DNA of 64,000 nucleotides from Tubiluchus corallicola (Eukaryota; Animalia; Priapulida), in contig JAQGDQ010000296.1 in assembly GCA_030141605.1 (NCBI GenBank), positions 186,001 to 250,000 of the forward strand, in the 5' to 3' direction. This document shows, piece by piece, positions 39,261-52,564 of this stretch; the first letter of the stretch is position 1; every line of letters begins with the position of its first letter. The notes beneath the pieces were generated by a model. That model was not told the origin of the DNA, made no database searches, and saw only the letters and a program-made list of their open reading frames with translations. A program made the position numbers and the translations under genes.

Positions 39261-39579
39261 CCTGGTCACACAAAGCTGGTGAACGTCTGGTTTCAGTGAT
39301 TTAACTCTGACGCGATTTTCCTCTACGATCGAATACTCATGTACCCACCCAAGTGACCTAGCTACCAGGAGAGTAATTTATGAGATCAAAATGCGATTTA
39401 TGTAGAACACCAAATTAAATTAAAAAGGCAAAAAAAGTAAATTTTAAATTTTATCTCTTCATCATCAGCCTAGCTTATGAATGTAAACAAATAGTGTGCA
39501 CGGTTGTTAGGCTAGTGATTCCTTACATTATCATACTGGACCATCACAATATTGTTAATGCTACACTTGCACTGCTGTC

Positions 39580-39765
39580 TATTACTGCTGGCTAGTACTG
39601 CTGTTGGTGTTGCTTTATTTGATAGTGTTGATGATACCGGCGTCAGCAATAATGATAGTACTCGCCGTGGTCCTGTTGCTGCTGCTGTTATAGTGCTACT
39701 ACTGTTGTTATTTCTACTGCTTCTACTACTGCTGTTGCTGTTTTGTGACTTACTGATGTAATGAT
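39580..39765. repeat. Degenerate (CTG/CTA/TGA)n tract
   Basis: Runs of gctgctgct and ctactact. It explains the Leu-rich ORF 39552-39761. Confidence 0.7.
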
Positions 39766-42700
39766 GTGGTACCTTGATGATGCTCTCAACTGAGCATCAA
39801 CCCCAACTACAGTTATCGGCACTTTGCTTGATGCTACAATACTACCACCGATCCTGCAAACAGGAAAGTGTCTTGCAGAAATCGTCAGTATTTAATATAA
39901 CTGAAGTGCTAATCACCGATTCCTGTGAACAAAATTATTATTCAAAAGCATTTCTAGGCGATTTAGTAAAATTCAAATTTGAAGAAAAAACCAAAAAGCA
40001 GCTGTTCTTCCATCTGGTTTTACTGATTACATATTTTACTTGCAACATAGCGTCGTGCTGCCTTTCACAAACTGAGATAAAATCACGCAATTTCTTAAAA
40101 GATTCAAAGCTTTTGCCCCGGGGTGTAATTATACAAAATATGAAAAGCTAGCCCTGCACAGAATTTCCAATTTTCTGCAACAAATTACTGTAATTAGGCG
40201 TTATACAGGCATCAAGTTGAAAGGGGTTGTTTTTTCAGAAATTATTGCGACTCTTTATAACGATTTACCTTACTTGAGAAACGCTCAAGAAGTAAATCTT
40301 GCCTTCACTTCCCTTCTCTAGTTGAATTTAAATTTAGTTACATTGAGTAGGTGATTTTCAAATTTTTGAACGAACGAACAACATGCAACGGACGAACAAG
40401 CAAATGGCTTCAAAATTTGCATTGATTAAAGATTTGCTCCATTTTAATGTAATTCTTTGAAAATGCATATACAGTATATGTAGACGAATGTTTATTACCA
40501 TGGTACCCTAGCGCATATATTGCAAAATTCTGATTTTATATATTCGCTAATTTATATTAAAGCTATGCTTCAAAGCGACCTATGAACCTAAAAGAATTTT
40601 ATAGTTACTCTTGTAAAATTTTACATTTATATTTTAACTAGTTAGGTTCTTAGTGTTGTAGTTTTTAGCTTGCAGATATTTCGCTGCATGTATTTCTTTA
40701 AATTATTATTATACGGTTAATTTCATTTTTGATTGAAATAAAACATATAAATTAACTGAAGAACAAACAAATCAATAGCTGGAGAGACTAGAGCGAGAAT
40801 GCATGAATGAATAAATGAAATTATGAAGCCTAGTAAATAAAGGAACGAAGGAATAATTGGATAAAGAAGTGAACGAACAACTGAATGACCAAAATGAATG
40901 GTCGGATGATGAGTTTTCTCTTGGGAATTTTCCAAATCGGTAAGCAGTGCATTTAACCACACTGCTTGACCGACTTCAATACTAGCAATTGGTGGACTTA
41001 ATAGAAACGTAGCAAAATGTTATTATTCATCCTTCTGAAAAATTTAATTTTCATAGTAAGAATCAGTAAGCAAGTTGGAATTTAGAAAATGTCGCCCTTT
41101 TGTTTAAGTGCATTTTAATATAATTTGGTGTTTTTTATTCCAGACAAGGTACATGCTTGTAGATGATGGACGTATAGTTAATGAGCTCAAAGTTTCAGCA
41201 CATTTAATATCAGACATTTCAGATTTAAATTTTGTTGGCTCTGTGAATTTCCCTCGAGACACGAATGAAATCTTCTCTAATCTGTTTATATTCGTTGTGG
41301 AATTATGTAAAATTCAGCTCGATGAAAACACTTTCAGTCAGCCCGATTGTACATGCAGACGTGAAAAAGCCACTAAATCTGGCTTTTCATCATTTTAATG
41401 TATATGCTAGCAGCTTGTCAGTAATAAAATCTACGCTTTTCATTAAATTGACACGGCCATTACATTATTGTGCGCAGACGTTTGTTATAGTTTCACGCAG
41501 AACTATAAAGATTATGATTTTGTTTTTGCATTATTTGCTTGACTTCAATTGTAAGGTTTAGTCGGATAAGATTTAAAAAGCAGGCGTGGCCATGTCATGC
41601 AAGAAGTTATAAAAACACTGACCTTTGATGATCTTCATGTGCCAACATCATAATAAAATGTTTATAGTTCTTAAATGTTTATAAATTAATGTTTTATATT
41701 TTTCTTGCATAATGTTAAGGTTTCTGTGTACGGATTTACTCTTTTCGTTTTCTTTCCATGGCTGCTTATATATGGAATTTTTGCCATGTGTCGTGTTTAC
41801 TACTCATTATAACCGGACAGTAAAAGAGACAGTATAATAACCGGACAGTAAAACATCGCTTCTCAAAAAAGACTCCAACGTCACCAATTCTTTTATGCAA
41901 GCAACTCCAGAAAAGTATAACCTAACAGTAGTCCTATCAAGTTCGTTTAGTCATAAATGGACTTTTTGATCAACCTCCTGTCTGAACATGTTAAAAGTGT
42001 AAATCGGTTCGCACCATGAAGAGGCGACTTTCCTTGTTCATGATTTACTTCATTAACACTGAATCACGCAGCCAATCAACAAGAAATCTGAGAATGCAGT
42101 TTCCTTCAAAACTAATTACTAACGATTGCATCTCGGCTGCTGTGGAATCTTTTCTCCACAGTGCTTTGCAAATGTTAAATGCTGCTCATTAAAGACTTCT
42201 ACAGATAATGTGCTTCACAAAACTCTTGAGGTAAGAGTAATTAACAACCAAGAAGGTGACCGAAACGAATTGTAAATCTGAATGTCGCCAAATTAAATTT
42301 TAGCGTAGCTTTTGAGCATTCTACAGTAATATTAGAGCTATGAAATATACATCAACCAAAGATGCCAACCAATAAAAGTACGCCATTTTCTATACAAAAC
42401 TATTCATTTTCTTTATTCCATTTTAAATTTGTTCGACGCAGAGCTAGATGCATATTTACAGAGACTGGCTCACGTATTTGAGAAACTTCGCTTTTAATTT
42501 TGTTCGTATAACTTGGCTTATTTCATCAAAAATATTTCCAACAAATCAAACACATAATCATAGTTAGAAGAATTTACAGAACAAGTGAAAATCTTGATCT
42601 CAATAAAAATACATTTAGTTTTTCTAGATTAAAAATTTTGTGCATTTCAGGGCACTAAATAGCAATACAGATGCCTAACATTACTAATGCAAAACACATC

Positions 42701-43200
42701 AAGACTGTCATGCTGTTGACTCATACCGCTGCATTTTTAATTGGAGAACCAATGGAAAGTCACAGTAAAAACGTAGTGAATTGTTATTATGAGAAATCCT
42801 CTGAATTCCAATTTTCTGAAATTTTGAGTGCCTTTTTTATATATTTTTATTTTCTTGATATAGTGGCTGGTTGATTTCGTAACTGCCTCAAATGGAGAGT
42901 TTTGGATGAGTAAACGTTTTCAGCAAAAGCACCGTCCTTGCTTTAACAAACACACAAAATGATGGATGGTGTCTCAGTCCCGCCTTCTGGGCGCCCTGGT
43001 GGTAAATTGTCATTACAACCCTCAGATAAATATTCTGCATTTGATATATTGTCCACTCCGTCATACAGATTTCGTTTGAACTACAGTAAACTAATGAGAA
43101 ATTTATTAGAATAAATGAGTAGGCCCTGTATAAAATTGCCCCATTAAAACTCAAAATACGCAACTATAACAGGCGAAAAACTTATTAAAGCTCCAAAAGT

Positions 43201-43650
43201 AAAGTAAGGTAAGATAACATAAGGTAAGGTAAGGTAAGGTAAGGTAAGGTAAGGTAAGGTAAGGTAAGGTAAGGTAAGGTAAGGTAAGGTAAGGTAAGGT
43301 AAGGTAAGGTAAGGTAAGGTAAGGTAAGGTAAGGTAAGGTAAGGTAGGGTAAGGAAACGGTAAGGTAAGGTAAGGTAAGGTAAGGTAAGGTAAGGTAAGG
43401 TAAGGTAAGGTAAGGTAAGGTAAGGTAAGGTAAGATAAGGTTAGGTAACGTAAGATAAGATAAGATAAGATAAGGTAAGGTAAGGTAAGATAAGCTAAGA
43501 TAAGATGAGATGAGATGAGATGAGATGAGATGAGGTGAGGTGAGGTGAGGTGAGGTGAGGTGAGGTGAGGTGAGATGAGATGAGATAAGATGAGATAAGA
43601 TGAGATACGATGAGATGAGATGAGATGAGATATGATAAGATAAGGTAAGA
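43201..43650. repeat. Pentanucleotide array (TAAGG)n-(TAAGA)n-(TGAGA)n-(TGAGG)n-(TGAGA)n-(TAAGA)
   Basis: Directly visible, with roughly 40 TAAGG units. Confidence 0.98.
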
Positions 43651-43706
43651 TCTTTGTTTAAACTCAAGAGCTATAATATATATTGTGTGTGCGCGTGCAT
43701 TCCGTG

Positions 43707-43826
<120 letters not shown>

Positions 43827-46800
43827 CAAAGTAAGATCCGGTAATCTGAGTAATCAGTGCATGCGAGGTCTGATTGTTATTACAAGGCACACTAATTGTA
43901 AAGTGAGCTTTCTTTCATCTTAAGTCACTAATTTAAAAGACAGGCAAACTGCCGCCGACAGGCACAGTTTTTTGTCCAATCAAATATTATCTTTAATAAA
44001 GCTGATTGTCAATGAGAAGCACTTAGTGGATCACCGTGGATGCAAAATAACCACAAACTGGTTAACACGAAAAAGAAGAAACGTGGATTTGGAGAACAGA
44101 AGAGACGAAAGTTGCTAGCGAGTAAGTCAAACTCGAACAAGTTTTTCATCTTTATTTTCTTATTTAGAAGATTACGGGCTTCTTACGTTAAAACAGATGA
44201 GACACATTATTATACTTAAAGCTTACTAAATCTTGCTAGAGAATTTGTATTTGCTTGAAATTCACCAACATTGTGCGTCGCGTTTCTCTGCGAAAATTAA
44301 TCATTATTCTTTTCAGGATATAAAACACACGAATTAATATTTTCAAACAAATATGACATCAACTGAATCTAAACTGTATCTGATTCGCATTTTATAAACA
44401 ATTCGTTACAAACAACCCACTTTGATATATTTATGACGCTTGTAGAGATCACGTTGTGTGTATAGAAAAGCTTTTGAATTTCTTAACAGCTTGCAGTATT
44501 ATTCATTGTTGATATTCAATTTTATAGATCGTGCCGAAGATTTTTACAAAGTTCTCAATTTATTTGCACCCGAATATCTAGTTCAACTTATAGCTAAACG
44601 TAAAAGAGGTTGAAATTAGCGTTTTATCTGTTTGACATTCTAGGCGTCTGCAGCTTTCATAAGCTACCGGGTACGTCACTGGCAGAGCGCCCAACCATGA
44701 AAAACCATAAAATAATTGTATTGCGGTTTCAAAACTTTTGCAGTAGTTAATTTTGGCCTTAATAGTGCTAAGGTTTTACACTGACTCATTTTACTAGTTA
44801 CTACTTAATCGTCAAAAAACACTATTTTAATGTTATTTTAATTCGAGGTCCAATACGTCCTATAGTTATAGGCTCCTAGCACTGTCAAGCAATTCGTTAC
44901 AGACTAAGCTCATAGCACAGTCGAGCTATACGCTACAGATTTATCAACTCTGATTTGTAAATTTCACGTTGCGGTAAGTCAGTTTCACGCAATTTATATG
45001 AGACTTGCGTGAGCGAAGAAAGCCGGATTCACAATGCAGTCACTAATTAAAAACCACACACTCAAGGTCAATAAGGTCGTTAGGCTCGGAAACATGGAAG
45101 TAATGTTGGCTAATTAAAAAAATTAACGAGTGGCATATTGAGAGCTTCAAATAGGCGTCAAACTCGGGTTGTCAAGTAGCCTAGGCTACTAAACGTCAAA
45201 CCATAATAGACGAATTGTATAGTGAGTAGAAAATATTAATTAAAAAAAAAATAAAAACATGCCCAAATTGAAAGTTAATCGACTTCTTTCAGAAAATAAA
45301 TGACATGCTTAAAGGAAAACTGGATTTTTTCATCTCCCATTTTGACCTGTAGCCCAAAGCATGCATTTTGTCACCTATAACAATTATTGAAATTATTTAC
45401 ATATTATTTCAGATACTTAATTAACAGCTGATGGGCGCGGCTAACGATGACGTTGCTATTGGGCAAAATTTTTAACATGTGAAACCTTTCATGAGCCTGT
45501 GTTTGCGAAAGCAAAAATTGAAATACACTGAAAATAAAACGCAAAAGCTTGGTAAGTTTTAACGTCACACTTCAAGTTTTACAGTCATCGTTTGGGTAAC
45601 ACTGATTTCATGAAATTTATCAAGTACGGCGTTCAAGTACGAATGGTTGAAAGCGTGCACAATGAAAAGCTAACAAAATTAGACATCAAGGTAATAAAGT
45701 AGTTCTTATAAAAGGCATATTTCTATTTCAGTACTGATTCCATACGTCATTTGCGCTATTGCGTAAAATTTTGTCCACCTCTTCCTTTAAGCATCCCGAA
45801 ATTTTGTTTCGTTTTTTCTAGCACGTAGCCGTCGTCCAGTTTAAAGACTAGCTAATACAATTAATTTATCATTTGATCAGTAATTATTAATGCAGCTCAG
45901 TAATTTTAATTCTATGAATAGCTGAGCTGATTTCCAGCCAATTAGATTTTTTTTAGTGCCCACAGATAAAGTTTGATTAGGATGCAGCAGGCCTCATGCA
46001 TTTTAACTTTCTTTTGAAAAGTTTTGTTTAATCAAAATATTTCCTGTAAAATAGCGATAAGAACTATTATATGAAAAAACGCACAAAATGATTAGGATTA
46101 AAGATGAATGCAAATCTTAAGGCACAAAATAATAAACGCTATTGTATCATTCTGATATCGTGGCTGGCTGCAATTACCTTCCGCTCTGTGTACAATTACC
46201 AGTTCATGTTTTTGTCGAAGCCCACACATGCAGTAATAGCCAATAACAATTATTTCTCAGATAGGCCAATTGTACCCTAAATTTTACAAAAATAACTGAT
46301 TGGTATGCCTATGTGATACACCATAATAATGATTTTCCAGAAAGTGGTCGCATTTCGCTTTTCTTCCCCTGTTAATAAGTTGGAATGTATTCTACTCAAC
46401 CACCCGCGGTTTCCTAATACGCGTCAGGTTCCGGTATTAAATGTAATATGAACTGCTGAATTTCGTTCTTCGATTTACGGCTTATACGGTTTTAAATTTT
46501 TAAGGGTAGACCTGTTTTATTTTTGCTTGAAATTTCGCTCTAGTAGTTTACACCTGTGAATTCTTTCCATAGGCTTTTGTTTGCCTATTATCTGCCATTT
46601 CATTCAATTATACTTAACCTGAATAACTATGTGTGACTGATATGAATAGGAAAACTGAAAGAAACGAGAAATGTCAGCCTGGATAATCCGGAACTCAGAG
46701 GCTGTACCAATGATCGCTGTCAGTTTGTATGTCCCAGCAAGCAATATGAAATAGCAGACGAAGGACATTAGAACTGCTACTGAGAACTGCAAGACTTGAG

Positions 46801-47186
46801 CAGCAGAATAAAGCCACACGTTGGGTGCAGCAGGTAATTTAGCAATTAAGGCAAACTAAATTAATTGCATATTATAGCTGAACTGTACAACAACTATAGA
46901 CGTCCAATGAAAAGATTAAAAAAATCTTTTGAGAACAAAATGACATCATAAAATTTAATTACGTCACTGTAAACGATATTTTGATATCGTTCATGTTTTG
47001 CTTCTAATATTAAGAATCAGTCTTACTGAATATCTACATTACCTTGAACAATTTAATATTCGTTATATAACCAATAGCATTAGAGTAGATATTGGGGTTT
47101 AAATTTACTTGATGTGTTATAACAATAATATAATGCAAAAAGAATACGCTTAATAGAAGTCAAAATGAGGTACTTCAGTTCAGTTC

Positions 47187-48294
47187 TCTATATTGATTGT
47201 AGCAAGCTATGACTGCCGTAATCTTACTGACAGGTAAACTTTGGTCGTTTTGTATTTCTGTCGCTTCAGTACGTTCTAACTTTTACAAGAAAAACAAATC
47301 ATTCTCTTAATTTAGTGAATACACGATATATTCGAAGTGTATATACAAAAAAAGTACATTGCGGTCGAAAATTACTCTTAAAAAAGGCAAAGTAGTTCAG
47401 TTGCAAGCGCAACTTCTTGTACATCTATTGTACATAGCTTAAGAGAGGAGCTAGATGTCATGTAATACAACTGTTTGCTATATCACTTATGGAGTGTCAC
47501 TCAGTTTCCATCATAAATTATTATAAAACCAGGCTAAATAATCCTAGTTTCTAATCATTACTTGATCATCATATTTGAACATCAGAATAATTAGTAGCGC
47601 ATGTAAACGAAAAGACGAAAATTTTACGAGGTGCTGAATGGAGGTAGAGCTCTACAAAACGCACAGGTTTGGTTACTCCTTATTGTGTAAAAATGTAAAC
47701 TCCCCAACGTGTTTCAAACAACAATCAAGTTTTAACGTGTCTATATTGATTGTAGCAAGCTATGACTGCCGTAATCTTACTGACAGGTAAACTTTGGTCG
47801 TTTTGTATTTCTGTCGCTTCAGTACGTTCTAACTTTTACAAGAAAAACAAATCATTCTCTTAATTTAGTGAATACACGATATATTCGAAGTGTATATACA
47901 AAAAAAGTACATTGCGGTCGAAAATTACTCTTAAAAAAGGCAAAGTAGTTCAGTTGCAAGCGCAACTTCTTGTACATCTATTGTACATAGCTTAAGAGAG
48001 GAGCTAGATGTCATGTAATACAACTGTTTGCTATATCACTTATGGAGTGTCACTCAGTTTCCATCATAAATTATTATAAAACCAGGCTAAATAATCCTAG
48101 TTTCTAATCATTACTTGATCATCATATTTGAACATCAGAATAATTAGTAGCGCATGTAAACGAAAAGACGAAAATTTTACGAGGTGCTGAATGGAGGTAG
48201 AGCTCTACAAAACGCACAGGTTTGGTTACTCCTTATTGTGTAAAAATGTAAACTCCCCAACGTGTTTCAAACAACAATCAAGTTTTAACGTGTC
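47187..48294. repeat. 553-bp tandem duplication (two apparently identical copies)
   Basis: 47187-47739 is repeated at 47740-48292 with no difference seen by eye. The junction has 2-bp TC microhomology. Confidence 0.95.
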
Positions 48295-49573
48295 GCGTCA
48301 TCTGGTGAACTTTAGAGAGCATATCTGAAATCCAGGCTGAAAGCCTGCGTCCCTTAGAAACAAAAGGACAAATATTTGAGGAAAAATTGCTGTCTGACAA
48401 CTTTACTGTATTATTTTTACGCAATTTTTGATAAGAAGCGAGAAAAAGTATGCTTTTGATATTAATTTATGGCATTTATTGTAATCCTAATTCCTGTGGC
48501 GACCTTAATTCAAAATTACTTTAGTACTTTGTGTCTTTCAAAGAATCGTACTTTTTGTTCTTTTGATCTGGTTTGTCAAGAACAAATTAAATACATATAA
48601 AACAGGTAAACATTTCACCATTCAAATGTCATGGTTTAAAAGACATCAGCTCTTTTTAACTCTGTCTCTCGAGGCTTGTGTCTTTTTCAAGGACAGATAA
48701 AGAGGTTTTAAACTCCTCTAGGATTTCAAATTCGAATTCGCCTCATACAGCCAAACAAGTTGCTTAGGCATATCCTGCTCTAGTGGGAATTTATGCTGAG
48801 AAAATTCGATAAATACTGCTACAGTTGTTATACGTAGGGTGATTGTCCTTAACACAAAATGCATTCTTTGCCATGGAGGCTCATTAGCAAGCAATACTTG
48901 GATGTATACTTGGAGAAGAAATGGTATTGATTTTTTTCAAATTTTAATGCAAGTGTGTACGCACTTAACTATGCACGCTGCCTGTTATAACCAATAATCA
49001 CAAATTCGGATATAACTAAAACAAAAATTTTAGTTTTATCGCGGACATTAGTCTTTTCTTAAGAAAATATTTCAAAAACAACTCATCTTAATCCTCGATA
49101 GAGAAGGCATCTATTACCTGTGGCTGCAATATGGTAATTCGAATTTAACTTATCCAGCACTATAAATGCAAATTGTAAAATATCTAAACTTTAATTTGCT
49201 AATAATAAATAGCAAAATAGTAATAGCCCGAGGTTTCTGGCTTATTTACTTGACGAAACGTACTAAATTAAATACCAAAAAGTGGACCCACAGCGGAAAC
49301 AACAAGTAAAGAAAAACACTTTGTATGAGTTGTATTAAAACTCTAACTACTAGCTTTAAATCAAACTAAACAACAAAACAAAAGTCACACTGGCGTAGCC
49401 AAGATTTAATCAGTTATAAAAAACATCTTCTTGGAATTGTGTATGAATTTTACGTGTTTCGTGTAATCGTATTAAGAAAATGACATAATATTTTTTTATA
49501 TTTATTTCAAGTTCGCATATCGATTAGCGAGTTTTGGCGCGCAATGGACAAGTGTTGCCAGTTACCCATTGTC

Positions 49574-49649
49574 TCATATTTTCACACAGGCGGTGCTAAC
49601 TAGAAAAAATAGGCCTACCTGACCGGTAAACATTTGTGTGAAAGTATGA
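49574..49649. mobile_element. Short MITE-like hairpin with TTTCACAC...GTGTGAAA arms
   Basis: tcatattttcacaca / tgtgtgaaagtatga form a 15-bp inverted repeat with 1 mismatch. Confidence 0.45.
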
Positions 49650-50079
49650 ACTGATGGGTCTTTGTCCCATCGGATTTTTGTTAAAATTCATTTAACAGAT
49701 TCCTCCCTCTAACCTAGAAATTTGAAATCTTCTGGGTTACACCTATTTGATTGATTTGGGGTTTATGCGAAAATTTCACGCTTTTTGAATTTGAATATAT
49801 CACAATTCATTATTGCAGAAAAACCAAACCCGCAATAGTTAATGTAAAAGCAATAGCAAATCAATACCGAAGCCGCCAATATAAAAAATATTATGATGTG
49901 ATTTTGACGTGTTACGTGTGTTAGGCTTCTTTAATTAAAAAATTCAGTTATTTTGCAAATAAACGTCAAGTTTAGATTAATCTCTTCCAGGATATAGAAC
50001 GGATATTGTGGTATACCTTAATAAGATTTACCTAATAAATAAGGTTTTTAAGAGAGAAAGTTATTAAGGTTTAGTTTAG

Positions 50080-50162
50080 TTTAGTTTAAACTTTATACAT
50101 TTAAATGAATTTCCGTAGTCTGTATTGTAAATTCACTTTAAATGAATGAAATTTAAACTAAA
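50080..50162. repeat. AT-rich imperfect palindrome (~33-bp arms)
   Basis: tttagtttaaactttatacatttaaatgaattt matches the reverse complement of aaattcactttaaatgaatgaaatttaaactaaa. Confidence 0.6.
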
Positions 50163-50269
50163 TTAAAGCTTAGTTTATAACTTTCGCCCGAGTTATTCTC
50201 ATAACTGAAAAAAACTGGCTTTTACACAATCGTACTATGCACTATTAATACTACCTCCCATTAATAAAC

Positions 50270-50740
50270 GAGGAGATTATGAGCGCACATTTCACTTAGT
50301 GTAGGCAGTAATTCTCCGTCTAAATACAGTCTGTTCTCCTTATTGTCATTTCTCTGCCAGTATCAGAGGCAGAAGAATGTGAAAAATTTACTAATTCAGC
50401 TTCTTGATTCATTTATTAAAAGAATATTGATGGGCGTGCACTCTGCCAAGGTTAAACTTCTCTGATAATCTACCTCTCCAAAGATTTAGCGGCTCTGGGG
50501 AATCTTGAAAGACTTATTGAGTGCCTTCGTTGCATCTTTGAATTGATATAAACTGTTAAATCTCCTCACGGAATGGCTATAATTCTTCCTACTTGAGTCT
50601 TTTAGAAATATCTTCATAGTTTTCGCTTGACATTCCAAAGTCAGCTGCAATCAAGAGAAATTCTTGGGTCGTAAAATTCACAGTATCTTGCGAGAAGAAA
50701 TCGAAATTCTGAGAAGTGTTCTGTGCAACAACAGTTGTTT
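50270..50740 (-). pseudogene. Decayed hAT transposase C-terminal dimerisation domain remnant
   Basis: Minus translation with stops and a frameshift: ..QDSPEPLNLWRGRLSEKFNL..AHQY then EAELVNFS..DTGREMTIRR...TEN. This matches the hATC pattern PLxWW...FPxL..A..Y...ERxFS..G...TxRR..L..EN. Confidence 0.45.
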
Positions 50741-51967
50741 ATAGGATATTCCGAAAAGAAACAATGCAATAAAAACAGATCAACTATGCCTAAATAAACC
50801 TAGACTTTTACGTTACGACATCATAATGATGTACGAATAATCTTACCTTTTTACGTTATTATTCCAATTTTCTTACCATGTAATTTACCTTGACAACATT
50901 GTAAGCTTGCAAACTAGGCAGTTGCCTAGGCCCTAGGGCTCCAAATTCTACAAGTGACTCTTTAATTTTTGCATGAGTAATAATAATATTGTGTGCACGT
51001 AACTGTTTAAGCTGCAAAACACTTTAATTAAATGAGGCGAACTCGTACTTGCGTTATTTTCATGTTGAAATACATGATTCATTGACAGTCATCTTCTTTA
51101 TAGTCTCAGCAAACACGTTCTACTTTTGATTCCCCCGCACTTTGTGATGAATGCATACAACAGCAGAGCAACTAACGACTCCTCTCGTTAATAAAACGTT
51201 TCCTGCAATTGCACTGATCTAATTATGGCAGACACAGGTTAAATTATAGACTCGAAGCCTTTACGAAACAAAAGGTAAAAACGCTAGCGAGTGGTGACAT
51301 TGAACAGCAGAAAGATTCGCCATTGAAATATTTGCAACAAGACAAGATGATGCAACTAGTGAAATGTATGTATGTAAAAAGTAGTAACTGTTTCAAAAAT
51401 TGTATGATGAAAAGGCTGAGTGAAATTCTAGCCAAAGGTATTAATGTAAAGAGTGTGCAACGCAAATTGCAGAAATTTTGATTGCGCCTAAAGACCAGCA
51501 GCAAGTCATAAATTCAATCAAATTCAACACAGGCTACACATAGGTATAATACTATAAATTGCTGAAGTTAATTAGAACTCTTTAATATATGTAAAACCTA
51601 ACAAACAAGTACCATTATACTTTATTTCGCATAAGAAAAATCAATAGGCTAAAATACTTTTGCCTAGCCTAAGGCGTCAAACTGGCGCGGGCCTTGAAGA
51701 TTGGGTGCTTAATGCTTTCGCTAGTGCGCCGTTTTTGGAACACACTGTTACAAGGAAAGTCGATGTTACATGTTGAATTTTGTACTGAACCGGGTCAACT
51801 GTGATAGCAACGGAAATCGCCTAACGTCGGTACCCAAATTTTCGATTGTTGTATTCCTTAGGCCTTCACGCATTTAAAAAAATTAATGAAATAAATAATG
51901 TTATAACTTGTCTTTGTAAAAAAGTCCCTGCAAATAGAGGGATTGTAAATAACTTTTTTCAAACAGA

Positions 51968-52117
<150 letters not shown>

Positions 52118-52398
52118 CATTTATACATTACATTTACGAAAAAGCAAATTTGTGTTGTATCCATCAAAAACTTAAAGTAGTGAAGTAGTGGCGACCCTTT
52201 CGCTGTTTTTTCATGTCAGGTAAGGTTTGAATCCTGACTCAATCAGCTGATTGACTTGTAATGTAAACAGCCAGCGGTCTCAAGCACAGATGCACTCCAT
52301 ACAATAATGTATTAAAATATTATTTCACTTTATTTAACGTGAAAAACAATTGTGTGAAGCCGCCTCTGCACAGATTAGGAATTACTTTATGTTAGGAG

Positions 52399-52542
52399 AT
52401 GGAGTATATGCTTGGTGGACTGGGTGCCTGGGTAGCAGGTGTGTTTACTAACCCACTGGAGGTGGTGAAAACCAGATTTCAACTTCAATGCGAACTTAAA
52501 GCACTAGGAAAATATACCAAGCATTTCAAAAATGTCTTCTAC
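52399..52542 (+). pseudogene. SLC25A35: 5' fragment (first ~48 codons) of mitochondrial carrier SLC25A35/SLC25A34-like; no continuation found
   Basis: MEYMLGGLGAWVAGVFTNPLEVVKTRFQLQCELKALGKYTKHFKNVFY contains the SLC25 signature PX[DE]XXKXR and closely follows the SLC25A35 N-terminus (FTNPLEVVKTRMQLQGEL...YRNVFH). Similarity stops at ~52542 with no consensus GT donor. Confidence 0.8.
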
Positions 52543-52564
52543 ACATTACTGACTTTATGCGTGC

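Noticed and set aside
41108-41398. 96-aa ORF following an acceptor-like site
   Set aside because: No recognisable domain and no linkable neighbouring exons.
41809-41853. 17-bp direct repeat ATAACCGGACAGTAAAA x2
   Set aside because: A small local slippage duplication with nothing inserted that resembles an element.
43220-43430. Interstitial telomeric repeat or CRISPR-like array
   Set aside because: The unit is TAAGG, not TTAGG or TTAGGG, there are no unique spacers, and the context is eukaryotic.
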